Under the pieces are notes generated by a model that saw nothing but the letters and a program-made list of their open reading frames with translations, searched no databases and was not told where the DNA came from. The position numbers and the translations under genes were made by a program. Below, in pieces: positions 1-12,620 of a stretch of DNA of 64,000 nt; the first letter of the stretch is position 1; each line of letters starts with the position of its first letter. Location of the stretch: positions 133,858,001 to 133,922,000 of the forward strand of contig OZ296650.1 in NCBI GenBank assembly GCA_965655095.1. Direction: 5' to 3'. Source of the stretch: Haplodiscus bocki. Taxonomy: Eukaryota.

Positions 1-479
1 AAGTCAAAAATTGGTCGCATACCGAAAACATATAAATTGAAACACAGATAGTACATTAAACTGAATTTCCTCTGAACTATTTCTATTTCCAAAAACAAAA
101 CAATTTACAACAGATTCCAGTAAAAAAACCTGCATGCCAAAAGGATATAAACAAAATGCCAAAAAAGCGTTCAGCTTCAAATAACATCATCAAATGTAAA
201 ATCATAGTTCAACTAAATGAATGCAATATTGCCAATTCATTTTTTACATTTAAAAACCATATGGCAGCACAAATAGTGCAATTAAACAATAACACCAAAA
301 CATGACAGAAATGACCGCATTACAAATATTCACGCGGTGTTAAAACACCGACGGACTTCCTAATCATCAAGTTATCTTCATGGAGCTTGCGGTAATTGAT
401 GCCTATGCCGATTCGTGAAACTCACATCTGTTTCTTTTGACCTGCAAGAAACAGATAATCTTGAAATAGTTCGCAGAGG

Positions 480-519
480 ACTTGCTTGTTTTCACGATGA
501 ATCGTGAAAACAAGCAAGT
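480..519. repeat. Perfect inverted repeat, 19-bp arms and 2-nt loop (also 15475-15514, 30480-30519, 45231-45270)
   Basis: acttgcttgttttcacgat-ga-atcgtgaaaacaagcaagt. Confidence 0.95.
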
Positions 520-681
520 GCTGTTATTGAAGCATAAAAAACTCTCCAGTTAACTCTTCCAACTCCGGATTTGGTTACCAAAAACTTTAAACTATTGACA
601 CTGAGTAAAATGAATATGTTATGCACGAAATTTGTATCTACTCACTTGGTTCGGATGTTAAATGCATCAACCGTGTAATCA

Positions 682-1335
682 CTAACGTTCCGGTTTTCTT
701 TCAAAAATTGTGGCAAAAATATGTTGCTGCTTATCTTCGAAATTGTCAATAAAACAGAAACCAAAAACTAAAACACTAACTTTGTTTCGGAGATTATTGC
801 GTCTATTGCGGCACCGACGCAAAGTCAAATCCTGCAAACCATTGTTCAACAGTGTTCTGGATAGCATATGATTCTCTAACAAGCTATTCAGGTGCAGATC
901 GTTACTTTCATCAAGTAAAAGTTTGTACCGTTTTGATAGAATCGATTTCATTTTCAAAAAAATAATTCCTGTTGGACAATTTTCCAAGAGCTCGTTTAAA
1001 TTATGCGCTCCTGATCGTGGTAAGTAGGAAAAAGCCACGACATTGAATTTTCTCAAGTACGCCAGTTTACTGAAAAAAGCCTCAGGACTCATTGCCGGAT
1101 TCTTCTTGCTTGACAAAGAGTTATTGACAGCATCATGCCAAATGATAACCTTTCTTCCATTAGTGTTGCAGGAATTCGATTGAAGAAGATAACAAATGTT
1201 TTTTTCTGGTTGGTAGTTATTTAGCGAAGCACCAGAAATTGCACAAAATTGTGACTTGAAAGGATCAAAGAGGTAAGGTTTCTCCTGAGCTGCCCAATAA
1301 AGGGAAGAGGCCGCCAAAACAAAATATTCAGACAT
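682..1335 (-). CDS. SGNH/GDSL hydrolase-like accessory protein (217 aa; 3' end possibly spliced)
   Basis: ATG ORF with SGNH-like blocks: FVLAASSL (I), ISGASL (II), IIWHDAVNNSL (III), NDLH (V). Intact in all four copies. Confidence 0.55.
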   Translation of the reverse strand: MSEYFVLAASSLYWAAQEKPYLFDPFKSQFCAISGASLNNYQPEKNICYLLQSNSCNTNGRKVIIWHDAVNNSLSSKKNPAMSPEAFFSKLAYLRKFNVVAFSYLPRSGAHNLNELLENCPTGIIFLKMKSILSKRYKLLLDESNDLHLNSLLENHMLSRTLLNNGLQDLTLRRCRNRRNNLRNKVSVLVFGFCFIDNFEDKQQHIFATIFERKPER

Positions 1336-2676
1336 AACAACCGGAAACCGAAAGACAATGTATTATGAAAACAAACAAACGAACGAAACATACTTTATAT
1401 TGTTTACTTTGCAATTAGAAAAACCTACTCAAACTCCAGAATCTCCTTTCATTCATGTCATTTGCTTATTAGAACAAAAACGAAGTCAAACAAAAATTCA
1501 CAACGGCCACACAGCTACAGAGTCGTCAATACGGTCAAAAATCAGAAATGTTCTTTGAGGAAAGGAAATTTTATAAAAAATACAATAGCCACATACCCGA
1601 AGAATGAAAATCTCACTCAAACAACTCGATATGCACGAAATAAGAGCCCCTCTTTAATCGCTGCAAAGAAGTACATAGTGGTGAAACACTTCAATTCACA
1701 AAAGTAACGATAATAAAAAAGCTTCTCATAAAACAAATGATAGAGCGTTTAATGACTTGAAAGAAAAAGTGTTCACAGCTTCCGTAACAAGGAATATGGA
1801 ATGGATTTGAAAGGTGCCGCGCTACAAATGAACTCCGCTGCTATCTCTTTATGTTTCCAGGCCAGTTTGTAGAACATGGGTTGCTGGACAACCAACTCAT
1901 ATACGTTCATCTAACAAACAACATTCTAATTGAGAACTTGCGTCGGCGGTTGCTGAGCAACCAGCAAAACAAAACATGAAAGCTAAATTGCCTCCGTCAG
2001 CTATAAAAAAAATAAATCATTATATGAGTCAGAATTAACATCTAAAACAGCTCACAGTCAGTGATACAATCACAAAACATAAACAGCAATGTCACATTGT
2101 AGAAACCCCGTCACATTCTCTTGCAGTTGACAATTTTTTCAATAAATTTCTGCACTGATTACCGAACAAAAAGTTAAACCCCTATAGCGTCTGAAATATT
2201 GGAAACAATCTCCCAAAAACATCAAAACAGCTCCTTCAGTGTAATTACAGACACATGTCAAAACAAATTATGGCGGAAAAGGATTGTATGATTCTTTCAA
2301 TTACCGTGTGATATAATTGTGTACGTTATTCCATAAAGTATCATAGCATAAAAGTTCGATCACGAATCTAAACAAAGTTACTCAGTGAGTCCAACGAAAA
2401 GGTGATAAAAATGAAAACGACATCCCGTTACAAAATTAATCTTCCAACTATTACAACACATCCTCTTTTTCAAAGGTTGGCTCAAAACCAACAGCAAACA
2501 ATGGCAAAGAATCAAATCAATCAACATGATTGGCTACAAAAATTATTTGCTGAAAAGTTGGTTTCGGACAAACCAATGTTCAGGAATACTTTTGAAATAC
2601 AATCGGTTTTCTCGATGGCAGTTTTACAAAAGTCTAAATCGTTGTAGACAATTACATATGAACAATCAAATAAACA

Positions 2677-5600
2677 CTAAAAATTCTGCATGCAATCACA
2701 TTCCAGGGCTGTTTCGATACCTGTAACTTTATACAAATCCATAAGAACATGGCATTCTGACAAGTAATCTGCAAGCGTTAGCATCACATTCGAATATTTG
2801 TGATTAACCATTGCTCTTTGCCAATCCTGTTCGAAAGAGTAACGGCTTCGGGAAACAGCGTTGGAAAACCCCGTCACGTAAGCAACTAAAGCCCAGGGTC
2901 TTCTTTCAACAGGCTTTGTAAATGCGCTCCCATTTCCCGAATTATGCTCCTGCAATCGTCGCCGCAACGTCTTACAGCTTCCAATGTAAAAAAGTTCCCT
3001 GCGTTTAACGCTCACCAACAAATAACAGTAACCAATTGCCGAAAGGGGTACATCAAAAACACGTAAGGGAAAGGGATAAAATGTCTGGATCGCTGAAACA
3101 CCGGAATTACAACTGCCACGAGACGACAAAAAGTTATCTATCAAAGGTACCAAATGGCTATCTTTGCGGCAAAGAAGATTAATTGCATCAAGTGTACGCT
3201 GCTTGTCACCGACAAACGTTATATGGGAAAGATCAGTGACCCGACTAACAACTACATAAAGCTGCTCTTTCAGCCAGTAGGAAAATTTTTTACCACCAAC
3301 AATCTGTGTTGCCAAGCTTGGAACAGTGTCACCCATTATTTTGTGAACCGTTGACGCCACATACATTTTCAAAGGAAACTGAACACGTCTGCAAACGGTA
3401 GAATTGCTATACTTATGGAGAACGCCAATTCTTTTACGAACAACTACAAGTCTCCAGGAATTAACGTCCGGGTTGTTAGATGACACAGACCTTACTCCGG
3501 CTGGTGCAACTCTCACAACAATATGAGGATCATTTTCATCGAACGATTCAACTAAACACAATTGTCCCTGGAACAGTTTCAGCGATGGCAAATTGCAAGT
3601 TAAGCGCAATACACACCCAACATGTATAAACAAAGACTCTGGCTCAAGGCAACTTCGGTTGAGGAACTTGCTGACGGGTGCTGTTGCGGTAACCCAATTC
3701 TGGGTTCCTGTATTTGACATTTCATCCTTGCAATGGAAAGACACACTCTGTATGTTTTGATGTGTTGTCACAAACGATATTCTCTCTTCCACGGCCTCTT
3801 TTTCCGCAACTCGCGTACTGAACACTCTCAAAATATCCAGAGGGACTTCCGTCCACGTGCTTACAAAAATACAGAACTTGTCAATGATCTCACAACACTC
3901 CTTAATACATGCTTCTGTCACAGGATATTCAGACAGCAAATCCAGAAGTCTCTTTCCTTGCTGGTTCTGCATCCTCACATAGTGCTTCAAATACCGAACC
4001 TCGAAATTAGCTAACACCGAGTTGCTCAGCAAAAGGAACGTTCCCGTAGGAGGCGGAAGTTGACGAAAATCACCTGTGCAAATAACAATCTTTCCTCCAA
4101 AAGGAAGATTGTTTTCAGACACGGCTTGCAACACATTGTCCATTGCGGACCAAAGTTCAGCTGAAATCATTGAGACTTCCTCGACAAATAAAACATCCAA
4201 CCTCTCCAAAAAAGTAAATTTTAGAGGATCTCGGGCAAGAGTGTTCAATGCATGCGAAACTAGATGAGTCACCGTTCCATTTTGAACGACAGGGAAAGGG
4301 ATTAAAGCGTTTATGTGTCTTCCGCCGAAAAGTGAAGCTCTCTCCGCAGCGACACTAGTTATGACGCATCTCAATCCCCTAGCTAGAGCCGCGATCACAC
4401 AATGGATCAACACATGGCTCTTTCCTGTACCTGGTGGACCAACTATGAACTGATGTTTAATAAAGGCAGTCGTACAAGAACAATAATTATCGTACAAAGA
4501 ACAAACGTAATCCAAAATATTCTGTTGATCATGCAATGATTCGTCAGTCTGGTTGCGCGCTTTATGTATCTTCTGGCTCCAAGTAAAAGGACGTGCTAAG
4601 GTGGCGTTCATCAATTCTGCATACGTTGGTAAACCAACATAACCCCCATTGGCAATGGCACACAGAAGACTCTCTTTCTGCGCATTTAATTCGTGTGAAA
4701 TATTGCTGTCACTCTGCTGCACAATACTCTGTTCTAAGACGCGCGGTGTTGAGCACGGAAAAACGACCGAATTATTTTGTGCTGCTTGCTGGATGCACAA
4801 ATAGGCACTCGTAACAAATCGATCTAGTAAAGTAGATGATCCTGGATAATAGCGTAATTGTTCAAGCACAAAGCGCCGAACAACATCAATAACTTCGGAA
4901 TCTTCGCATCCCAAATGAGACCTCGCTAAAGAAGCCTCAAAGAACGCAGATTTCATATTCGATTGAGAAAAAATGTTAAGTTCGGTTACGTATTCTCCAA
5001 GAGACAACAGAATGTGGGTCAAAAAATTGGTTGTGTTCCTCGGAACAACGTTCGATAAAACTACTTGAGTTTGACAAACCTTTTTGTCATAAATGAACTT
5101 GTGACTTGAACTGCTCGTTGTACATGCAATGGCTTCATGACATTGCCTGGAGAAACGACGGACCCCACTAGAAAAGTTGCGACAGTAGTTGAAAAAAGCT
5201 TCTTTGTACAAAGCATTAAGGTATATGCAATAGCCGAGGCCATCCACCCAATATGATTTGGTTACATTTCTCTTTAGTAAACTTTCTGGTGTCAACTTTG
5301 AGGGCTTTCGGAAGCGGCAGAACCAAGTAAAATAGTTTTCCACTTTGAGCACAAAAGTTAGTTCAGGGGGTCGTACACCAAAAACTGTTATCTTGTCTGG
5401 AGAAAGAGAACTTTTTTCTGCATCAATTATCAGCAGCTTCTGATTAACCGTGAAGCAACGGTGAGGAGGAAAGTCCTTGCTGTGTCTAATGGAACTCTGG
5501 CGCCCAAAAAGAGGACCCTGATTGCTACTAGAAAGCCTGCATTTCGGTTCAATGACTATTCCAGCCCGTTTCTCTCGCGGGGCAGTGACAACATGAATGA

Positions 5601-8085
5601 ATTGTATATTGGTCACCACGTAAGGAAATCGCAATGACCACCACACGGATTCCGTTAAACTCAAAATGCGAGAGTTCAAACACTTTTTCTTTGGCTTTTC
5701 CTCCTTGCTCATATTGGTCAAGTATACCCCAGCGATTTTGTTGTTCACTTGTTGATCAACATGGAAGTCATACAAATCTGTTGCACTTGACGTAGAAATA
5801 GAAACTTCGGCGCGTTCCTCCACGCCTGCAACATATTTTGACAGATAACGGCTACTCATGTAAATGTCGCAAATTTGTAGATTGGTGCTAGATCGGACGA
5901 GGGCAAAAATTTTGGCGTTTGTTGGAGAAGTGTGCGTGTTACTTTCTGTTGGATAATGATGCTTGCCACCACAAAGGCGCTGATCAATGGTGACAGAACA
6001 ATCAAAGTCACTCGACTCAGCTAATCCGATGTTCTTCAAAACTGCTATCGTTTCCTCAGACAGTTCTTTGTGAATACATTTGTAGGTAAAATTAGCAGAA
6101 GGAGGGTATTTGGGCACGCGGCACGTTTTTCTTTTCAATTTGTCAGTTTTTTTCTGACAACGAAATTTAGCTTTAAAACAGCTGTGTGATTGGTAACGGT
6201 TGAACAGATCTCGTAACTCGTTCAACTCATCCAAACTATAATTGTGCGAACCAACTTCAGTCAATAAATTCCCCAGAAACGTTGTTGCCGAGCAACAAAT
6301 TCTAGACCTTACTGCTTCACTAAAGCAATCTTCTGCCGTCCAAATCAAAGCATGTACATGAGGGAACCCACAAGCTTCATCTTGAAACTCATACCGATAC
6401 CAAATCTTATTAACCTTTCCCAATGGCTGCTCGGGTGACGTTTCAATGTACTTCATGACAAGACGAGAAGCTCGTTCCCACGCTCTCAACATGGTGACCA
6501 TTTCAGATTGAATCGCTGATTTTCGGACCTCCTCTTTACAGACGTCTTTCGGAAACTTTGCGTCCAACGCACTAAAAATCTTCCTCAAGCCAGGATGCGT
6601 TGACTGCCCACAAGTGTAAGTGAAAAAATATGTAGCTGGTCGTTCTTTCAAAGCTGCTCCCAATTCATTGACATTCTTCCGAGAATCGCATTGATCAAAA
6701 AAAATTGCCCCTTCTCGCATGGCATGTACATTTTTTCGTTGCCGAGCGGCTTCACTCCAACCTCTGTTCAATACTATTCTGGTGTCATTGACACGCAGCT
6801 GTAGGTTAAATATTGTGTCAAATACGTATTGGACGTAACGAGGATCCGTTGACGTCAACAGAGACGAATCTTTCAAGCGCGTTTGTAAATGTTGTTCTAA
6901 GCTAGCGAAGCCGAGCAATTCGTTTTGTTTGTGATCATTATACAAAGGAGACGGTATTGCACCCGAATAACTGCCGTCTGTATTTTGGTGCCAAAAGATG
7001 GACGGAAACAACATGGCTTCCGGCTGAAGCAAAGGGACAGAATTAGGGGGCGACGTTGCAGTGATATTCTCCAGAAATCTCTTATGTCTAGCTGCAACAT
7101 ACAACGGAGACCCTTTACTCCTTTTCAGTAAACCGCATTGACCATTCAATAAAACATGTAGTGGGAGCTGAAAATCAGTGCTGTCTATTCGGAAATCACG
7201 TTCCAAAACAACAGTTGAATCTCCAGCAGCAGTTGTAACAGGCAGCGAAACATGCGATCCCTCAGAATCTTCCTCTAAAAGGCCAGGGTTGGTAACAAAT
7301 TCCGAGGACGCGACAGTGTTGGTAGGCGATGTGGACCGATTCTCTGAATCGACAGAAACACGGCTATAGCTACAATCATCTAACTGACTTGAGCCGCACG
7401 CTGAGTTTTTTGTGGACTCACCAAAGATCCTTTTTTTACCATCAAAAACAAAGTGCTTTTCCTGACTTTCATCTTCAGAATGCATCCTGCAAACACTTGC
7501 CAAACAACCAGACACTGGACAACGTAAAAAAGAACTTCTACCACATGAGCATTTGAAACCACTTGAAGGAAAATCACGGGTGAGTAACAGAGAATGCTTT
7601 TTACAAAAGAATTTTCCTTGACCTGCCAGTGTTTCAAAATATTTCGACCGCAACTCACTAATATCGGCAAAGGTCTGTCGATAGTAAACACAGATATTCC
7701 AATAGTCATTAATAAAATGATCAACCGCTCTATCACAAGGCAGCCTCACCTGTTCAGGAAAAATACTTTTGCTTTTATACACCCAAAAACTTTGAAAGAC
7801 ACCACCATGCCTCAAAAGAATGTTATTACGAGTCGCTAAACCTTCAGTAGCAATAAATTTCAACTCGAAAACGGACTGAGCAGTTTGGAAGTTCAGAGGA
7901 GCTTTGAATTTAGAACGCAAAGTATTTACTCCCGCGTATGAAAAAAGTATGACATTTACACCTTCAAATTCTTGAGCTTCCAAAAAATGCCAAATATCTT
8001 GACGGCTTGCCACGTTTTCATGGATGACATCATCACAAAATTGTGACACACCGAAACTGAGACAACGAGATGGACTTTCCGGAAA
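2677..8085 (-). pseudogene. Rep-PIF1 helicase-GIY-YIG part of the transposase, copy A, cut from its N-terminus by TGA at 8086-8088
   Basis: HUH motif RYEFQ..GFPHVHALIW (6340-6396), Y2 motif YLSKY, Walker A GPPGTGKS (4417-4440), GDFRQLPP, QLYVVVSRV, and C-terminal YCY..YIG..RRRLQEHN. The listed 1790-aa start is a GTG. Confidence 0.85.
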
Positions 8086-11009
8086 TCATGTAAACAACTT
8101 CGACAATCCATCACTCATAGACGCATCCACAGTTTTTCTTGTGCAGCGACGGAACCTTGGAAAAATTACAGGGTCCAAAAATTGCAGCAAAGGAAAAATC
8201 GCATTATCACCACCAGCTGAATCAGATATGGATCGACACAGTTGAGGAGAGATGCAAAATAAAGTTTGCAACAACGACAAAAAGTGAGTCTTGCAGCTCA
8301 AAATTTTTGGAGGAGAGGAACCAAACGAATTCGGAGGCTGAGCGAACGTCACAGACTTGAATTTTGCGCATAAGCGTTGTCCATCAGTCAATCCAGGAGA
8401 ACTGAATAAACGATACGTATCCGTTATAGACACACTTGTTGATGCGGAAAGAGAAGCAGCCGACTGTTCAATGTTCGGTTTACTTTGAATGCCTTGTCGG
8501 ATTTCATCAGTTGTTTCGCCAGAAGACACTAAGCTATTCAAAAAATATTGAATATCGCTTCGGTAAAAACTACATTGAGATTCCGCCTTCACTAACAGAT
8601 CCGAAGTAATATCCCAACGGCGTTGAGAGCTCAAGCGAATGCTACTAATGCCTGAATAATTACCGACAGCTTTCAGCAACTGGAAAGTGTGACTAGCGTA
8701 ATTCGCTTTGGCATTCTTCAAAATACGCAAATTTGGAGCAACAAATGCTAATCTGTCGTTGGTAGGAACACTGAGACGTCCCAGAGACGGGTGTGCAGGC
8801 GGGTGAAGATACTGCAGGTGAGACCCATTGTTATGCTGCACACAAGTTCCGATAACAAGGCCATATGCCCCATTAACACTGACAAAGCCGGAAACATCAA
8901 ACGCATCCAAAACTTTCATTGGTTTCAACCAATCGTCTCTTGCACCTCGCAAATGGTACAAGTAATCAGAGCTGAACGATGTGAATGAAGGCAAAATCCC
9001 ATTTACAAGGTGGTTGAAACCGATTCGACCTGTTTCTTCAACAAATGTGAAACAACCGAAGGGACATCTACAATTTGGATAACATTCATTATCTAAGGCT
9101 TCCTCCAAATCAGTGAAATTACCCGAATTTATTTTGTCCAGAAAAACTTCCTTCCGTTTTGTTATATCAACTAGAACAGATGGATCACCCATAGAAACAG
9201 CAGGATGCAGATGTTGACACATAGCCCAACTGTCGCGTATTTCGGGAGGTAAAAAAGAAACAAATTTTTTCATAGTACAATCTCGAATGCTGAGATCCTT
9301 CAGTAACGAATGAATCACGGAAGGCCAAGCGTACCGCCAACAATTTCCGCCATTATTGTAATTGAAACAACTTTGGCAGACCAGACAGGTAGCAGTAGGT
9401 CGCAAACCAAATCTCCTTCGTTTGATTGCTGTTTTTTCAAGAGTTTGCCATTGCAAAGGATAAGCAGGAGTTGAAATTCGACAACATTTACCGCACATTT
9501 CTCTGTTTTGTGCTTTGTCGGCTGAAAAAGTGGACGTCAAAACACAATTGTCACTCGAGGCATCCTCATTACGACAGGCGTTATCTTTCTTCATAATCAT
9601 TGTGGCTGTGCCATTGTGTGCGGATTGCGTGGATTGAATCTCCTGAGGCAGGGCATTGAAGCAAACACCTGGGCTCAACGGGTCACACTTAGAACCATTT
9701 TCTTCACATTCAATTGTCGCTAGGCTTAAACAACTGTTGCTGGGCAACAAAAGGTCGTTGTGCATACCGCCCAATCCAACAGAGGGTGATGTGAGGCCTT
9801 CATCGCACAAATGAGGCAAAACTTTAAATTCAGAACACGCACTACCTTTTGGATCAGAAGTGTTCGCATGAAATGACATTGCATTGTGATGCCGTATCTG
9901 GGAATGAACTCTGGACGCAACCATGAGGCAAACTTTGCTGTGAATTTGGATTTTCTGCCGACAACACTGCTACCGTTTCAAAATGGTTACCTGTATGAGT
10001 ATGTACCAGGAAGACAGATGGAACGTCCATTGAAGCACGATCTCCGGCATAGCTATAAACTATCCACAATTTTGTCATGCAATGGTAAACGTAAACATCA
10101 GCCACCGCAATTTGGGCGAAAGCATAGATCTCTACACAAGTGCCATACACACCATTCGATCTCATTCCGGAACGATTCAAATATTCGTTCACGTTTGAAG
10201 CTGTCTCTACCACAACATTTCCATCAATGGTTGTGTAAATTTCCAGAAAATGCGGAGCAATATCTACGGAGGGTAAAGCCAAACAAATACGCTGGCGTAG
10301 TTGTGAATGATACCAATATTGTGACCCAATTGACACCGCTAAAGCAGAGAACAAACAATTACCGTCACCTGGAACAGGATGAGTTTGTGATGGATGCAAA
10401 CTGTTCAAAGATTTGGCACCCAACAAGTGTGTGTTCAATGGTTTTGCCACAAACGGTATTCCAAACACAATGCAAATTCTCGTCAAATTAGCGATTGTGC
10501 ATGAAAAAGCTGTTGAATTCGGCACGTTCGAGAAAAGACTCATGGTATTGAATGGCGCAGAAAACAGCGACCGATCAAAATAGTCTTCACCAACTGAGGC
10601 TTTTACCATGGATGATTGGAAACAGGAGCAGTCTTTGCTGCCATAAAAACACCCACATGTTACGCATTTCCTGGGCTCTCTGCACAATTTCTTTTTTTTT
10701 TGGCGGGCCAGGGTTGGTTTCTATACCACTTCTCAACAGAAACAAAAGTAACATTCTGCGAGTCATCGAAACCTCATCAGAATTGCCGATCCTCATAAAC
10801 TGCAAGTGATCCTGAAGACACAAAGAGACACAAAATTCCCCAACGGTGACGTCTGAGCTGAAGACTTCTCCGACATTGTTCACATAAACAATTCCATCTT
10901 TTTCCAAAACTGTCCATAAAGAAGACCAAATCATCAACAAAGTTAAACAAAGTGAGTAAACCATTTTCTGAAAATGAGATTCGTCAAAACTCTGTACACC
11001 CATCAACAC
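8086..11009 (-). pseudogene. N-terminal part of the polyprotein, copy A (2A, OTU, Cys-rich), with two frameshifts
   Basis: The 140-, 277- and 612-aa ORFs join into the 977-aa ORF of copy B. T10 tract at ~10692-10701 and 11-bp deletion at ~9877. Confidence 0.85.
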
Positions 11010-11897
11010 TCAGTGGCGGCGCCTACATCTATAAAACTCAGTCAATGAAGGCTTTGAAACAGCCACATGCGTTACAGAAAAATCTTCTATCGAAAGGAAC
11101 TTCAAAAACAGTTGGATCATTTGAATTCAAAAGATTCACTGCATTGAATATTTGAAGTTCACCAGTTGAATTTTTAACTGTCTCTTCAGTGACTTTTCGT
11201 TTTTAATGCCGAAAATACCATGCTTGTGTGATTTCAGCAAGACTTGCAGTACTTGAAAAAATGATTAGTTAAATACGATTCAAATTCAAAACAATGAGGA
11301 CTGTTAGCGTTGTACACCAAACAAAACAAACTGCTGAGTAAGTATACTCTCAAAATATTCCTTGTCGAATGCCAAAGTGGTGCTTGTTGAACGCCAACCA
11401 TAAACTGACCAAAAAAATTAACAATTACATAACACACTCCAACTTACAAGGCATGAAAGAGGTTCAACTCTCGTAATGCAAACGTGGAAAGTTCCAACAC
11501 TGCTGATTTCTACAAAAAAACATAACAAGGAAAACGAAAGAACCTCATAGATGCTCAGAACAATAATATAACAAACTTAAAATTTCTGGCAAACAATTGA
11601 AATGGAATGCAAAACTTATTGCCAAAACTTTTATTTTTATTTTTCAAAATGAATGACACGTAATGGAAGCATCTATTGCATTCTACAACCAACAAAGAGC
11701 CCTGATCCAAGATATAATTTATGTATGCCATTATACTTGATGAGAAAAAATGTAGGATTATAAAATATAACTTACATAAGTAACGCCTAACTAGATTAAA
11801 TTTGAGTTTAGCTGAAAAAACTGTGTCATTTGAGACAAAATACTGTCAAAGTGTCAACGACCACTTGTGTAGAAGCTGCGAAACATTGTTAGCCGCA

Positions 11898-12620
11898 TTT
11901 TACGCGCAAAACGATCAATTCCAGCGTTTTTAGGCGCTTTTTACGCGCAAAGCGATCCTTTCCCGGGAATTTTTTTTTTTCTCACAAAAATATCCGTCAT
12001 TTCCGTCATTTTTTTCCCGTCATATCCGTCATTTTTTTTCGGCATTTCGATCGAAAATTTCTGGTTAACCGAAATCAATTGCCGGTTCAGTTTTGGCATC
12101 CTTAGCGAAGGCTAGCATACGAGAAAAAGTTGGTTTTGGCGATCAAAAATGACGGAATGACGCATTTTTTGCAAAAATTTACAAATTCATCAGCGCCTAT
12201 CTCCCGAACAAAAAAAGCTGGGCCAAAAATTTTTGGCATGCAAATTGTTCAAATCATTTGTGCCTCACACACAAAATTTGGGCCAATTGTATCGGGTAGA
12301 TGTGGAACTAAAGCGATGAGAAGTCAAAATCGGGACAAAAAACACGATCATTCCGTCATAACTCATCACGTTGTGAATGGAAAAAGTTTTTTCCCTCCTC
12401 CCCTTTCTCACCTCGCCATTTGAGGACCGCATGCAAATTATGAATAAATTCTATCGGGTAGGACCCGAGATCGGCTTCCCAGACCCCTAGTGCACCTAGA
12501 TGAAAATTTATCGACTAATATTTAACCTCGGCAACGGGACCCTACCCGGCCTCGGATTCTAAAAAGGTTACATCCCTGACCACCCAGTGGAGGCAAAGGT
12601 ACCGTTCGCTAGAGAGGCCC
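11898..12620. promoter_or_regulatory. Structured subterminal/control region (direct repeats, CCGTCAT motifs, inverted repeats, hairpins), present in each unit
   Basis: 2x ttttacgcgcaaa-cgatc; 4x ccgtcat (11994-12032); atgacggaatga/tcattccgtcat 12-bp IR; hairpin tcgggt-agg-acccga; cgggaccctacccg; ccac-cca-gtgg. Confidence 0.6.

Larger units (their letters stand above)
1..12594 (-). mobile_element. Helitron/Helentron-like element, copy A (3' part outside window)
   Basis: Rep-PIF1-GIY-YIG polyprotein pieces plus the SGNH-like ORF. Boundary placed by homology to the array end at 57347. Confidence 0.85.

Noticed and set aside
8086-8088. Programmed TGA readthrough or an alternative genetic code
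   Set aside because: Copies C and D have AGA at this codon and the sister ORF is open, so it is a simple nonsense mutation.
2677-11009. Virus/Polinton or Penelope element (suggested by 2A, OTU and GIY-YIG)
   Set aside because: No capsid, polymerase B, integrase or reverse transcriptase motifs were recognised. HUH Rep plus PIF1 is the Helitron core.
11991-12050. Short repeats as a CRISPR array
   Set aside because: The motifs are 7 bp with no spacers and no cas genes, and the context is eukaryotic.
1358-12423. Many short 60-200 aa ORFs on the plus strand and in alternative frames, repeated in each unit
   Set aside because: They are antisense shadows of the polyprotein or AT-rich noise. They recur only because the unit is repeated and carry no recognisable motifs.
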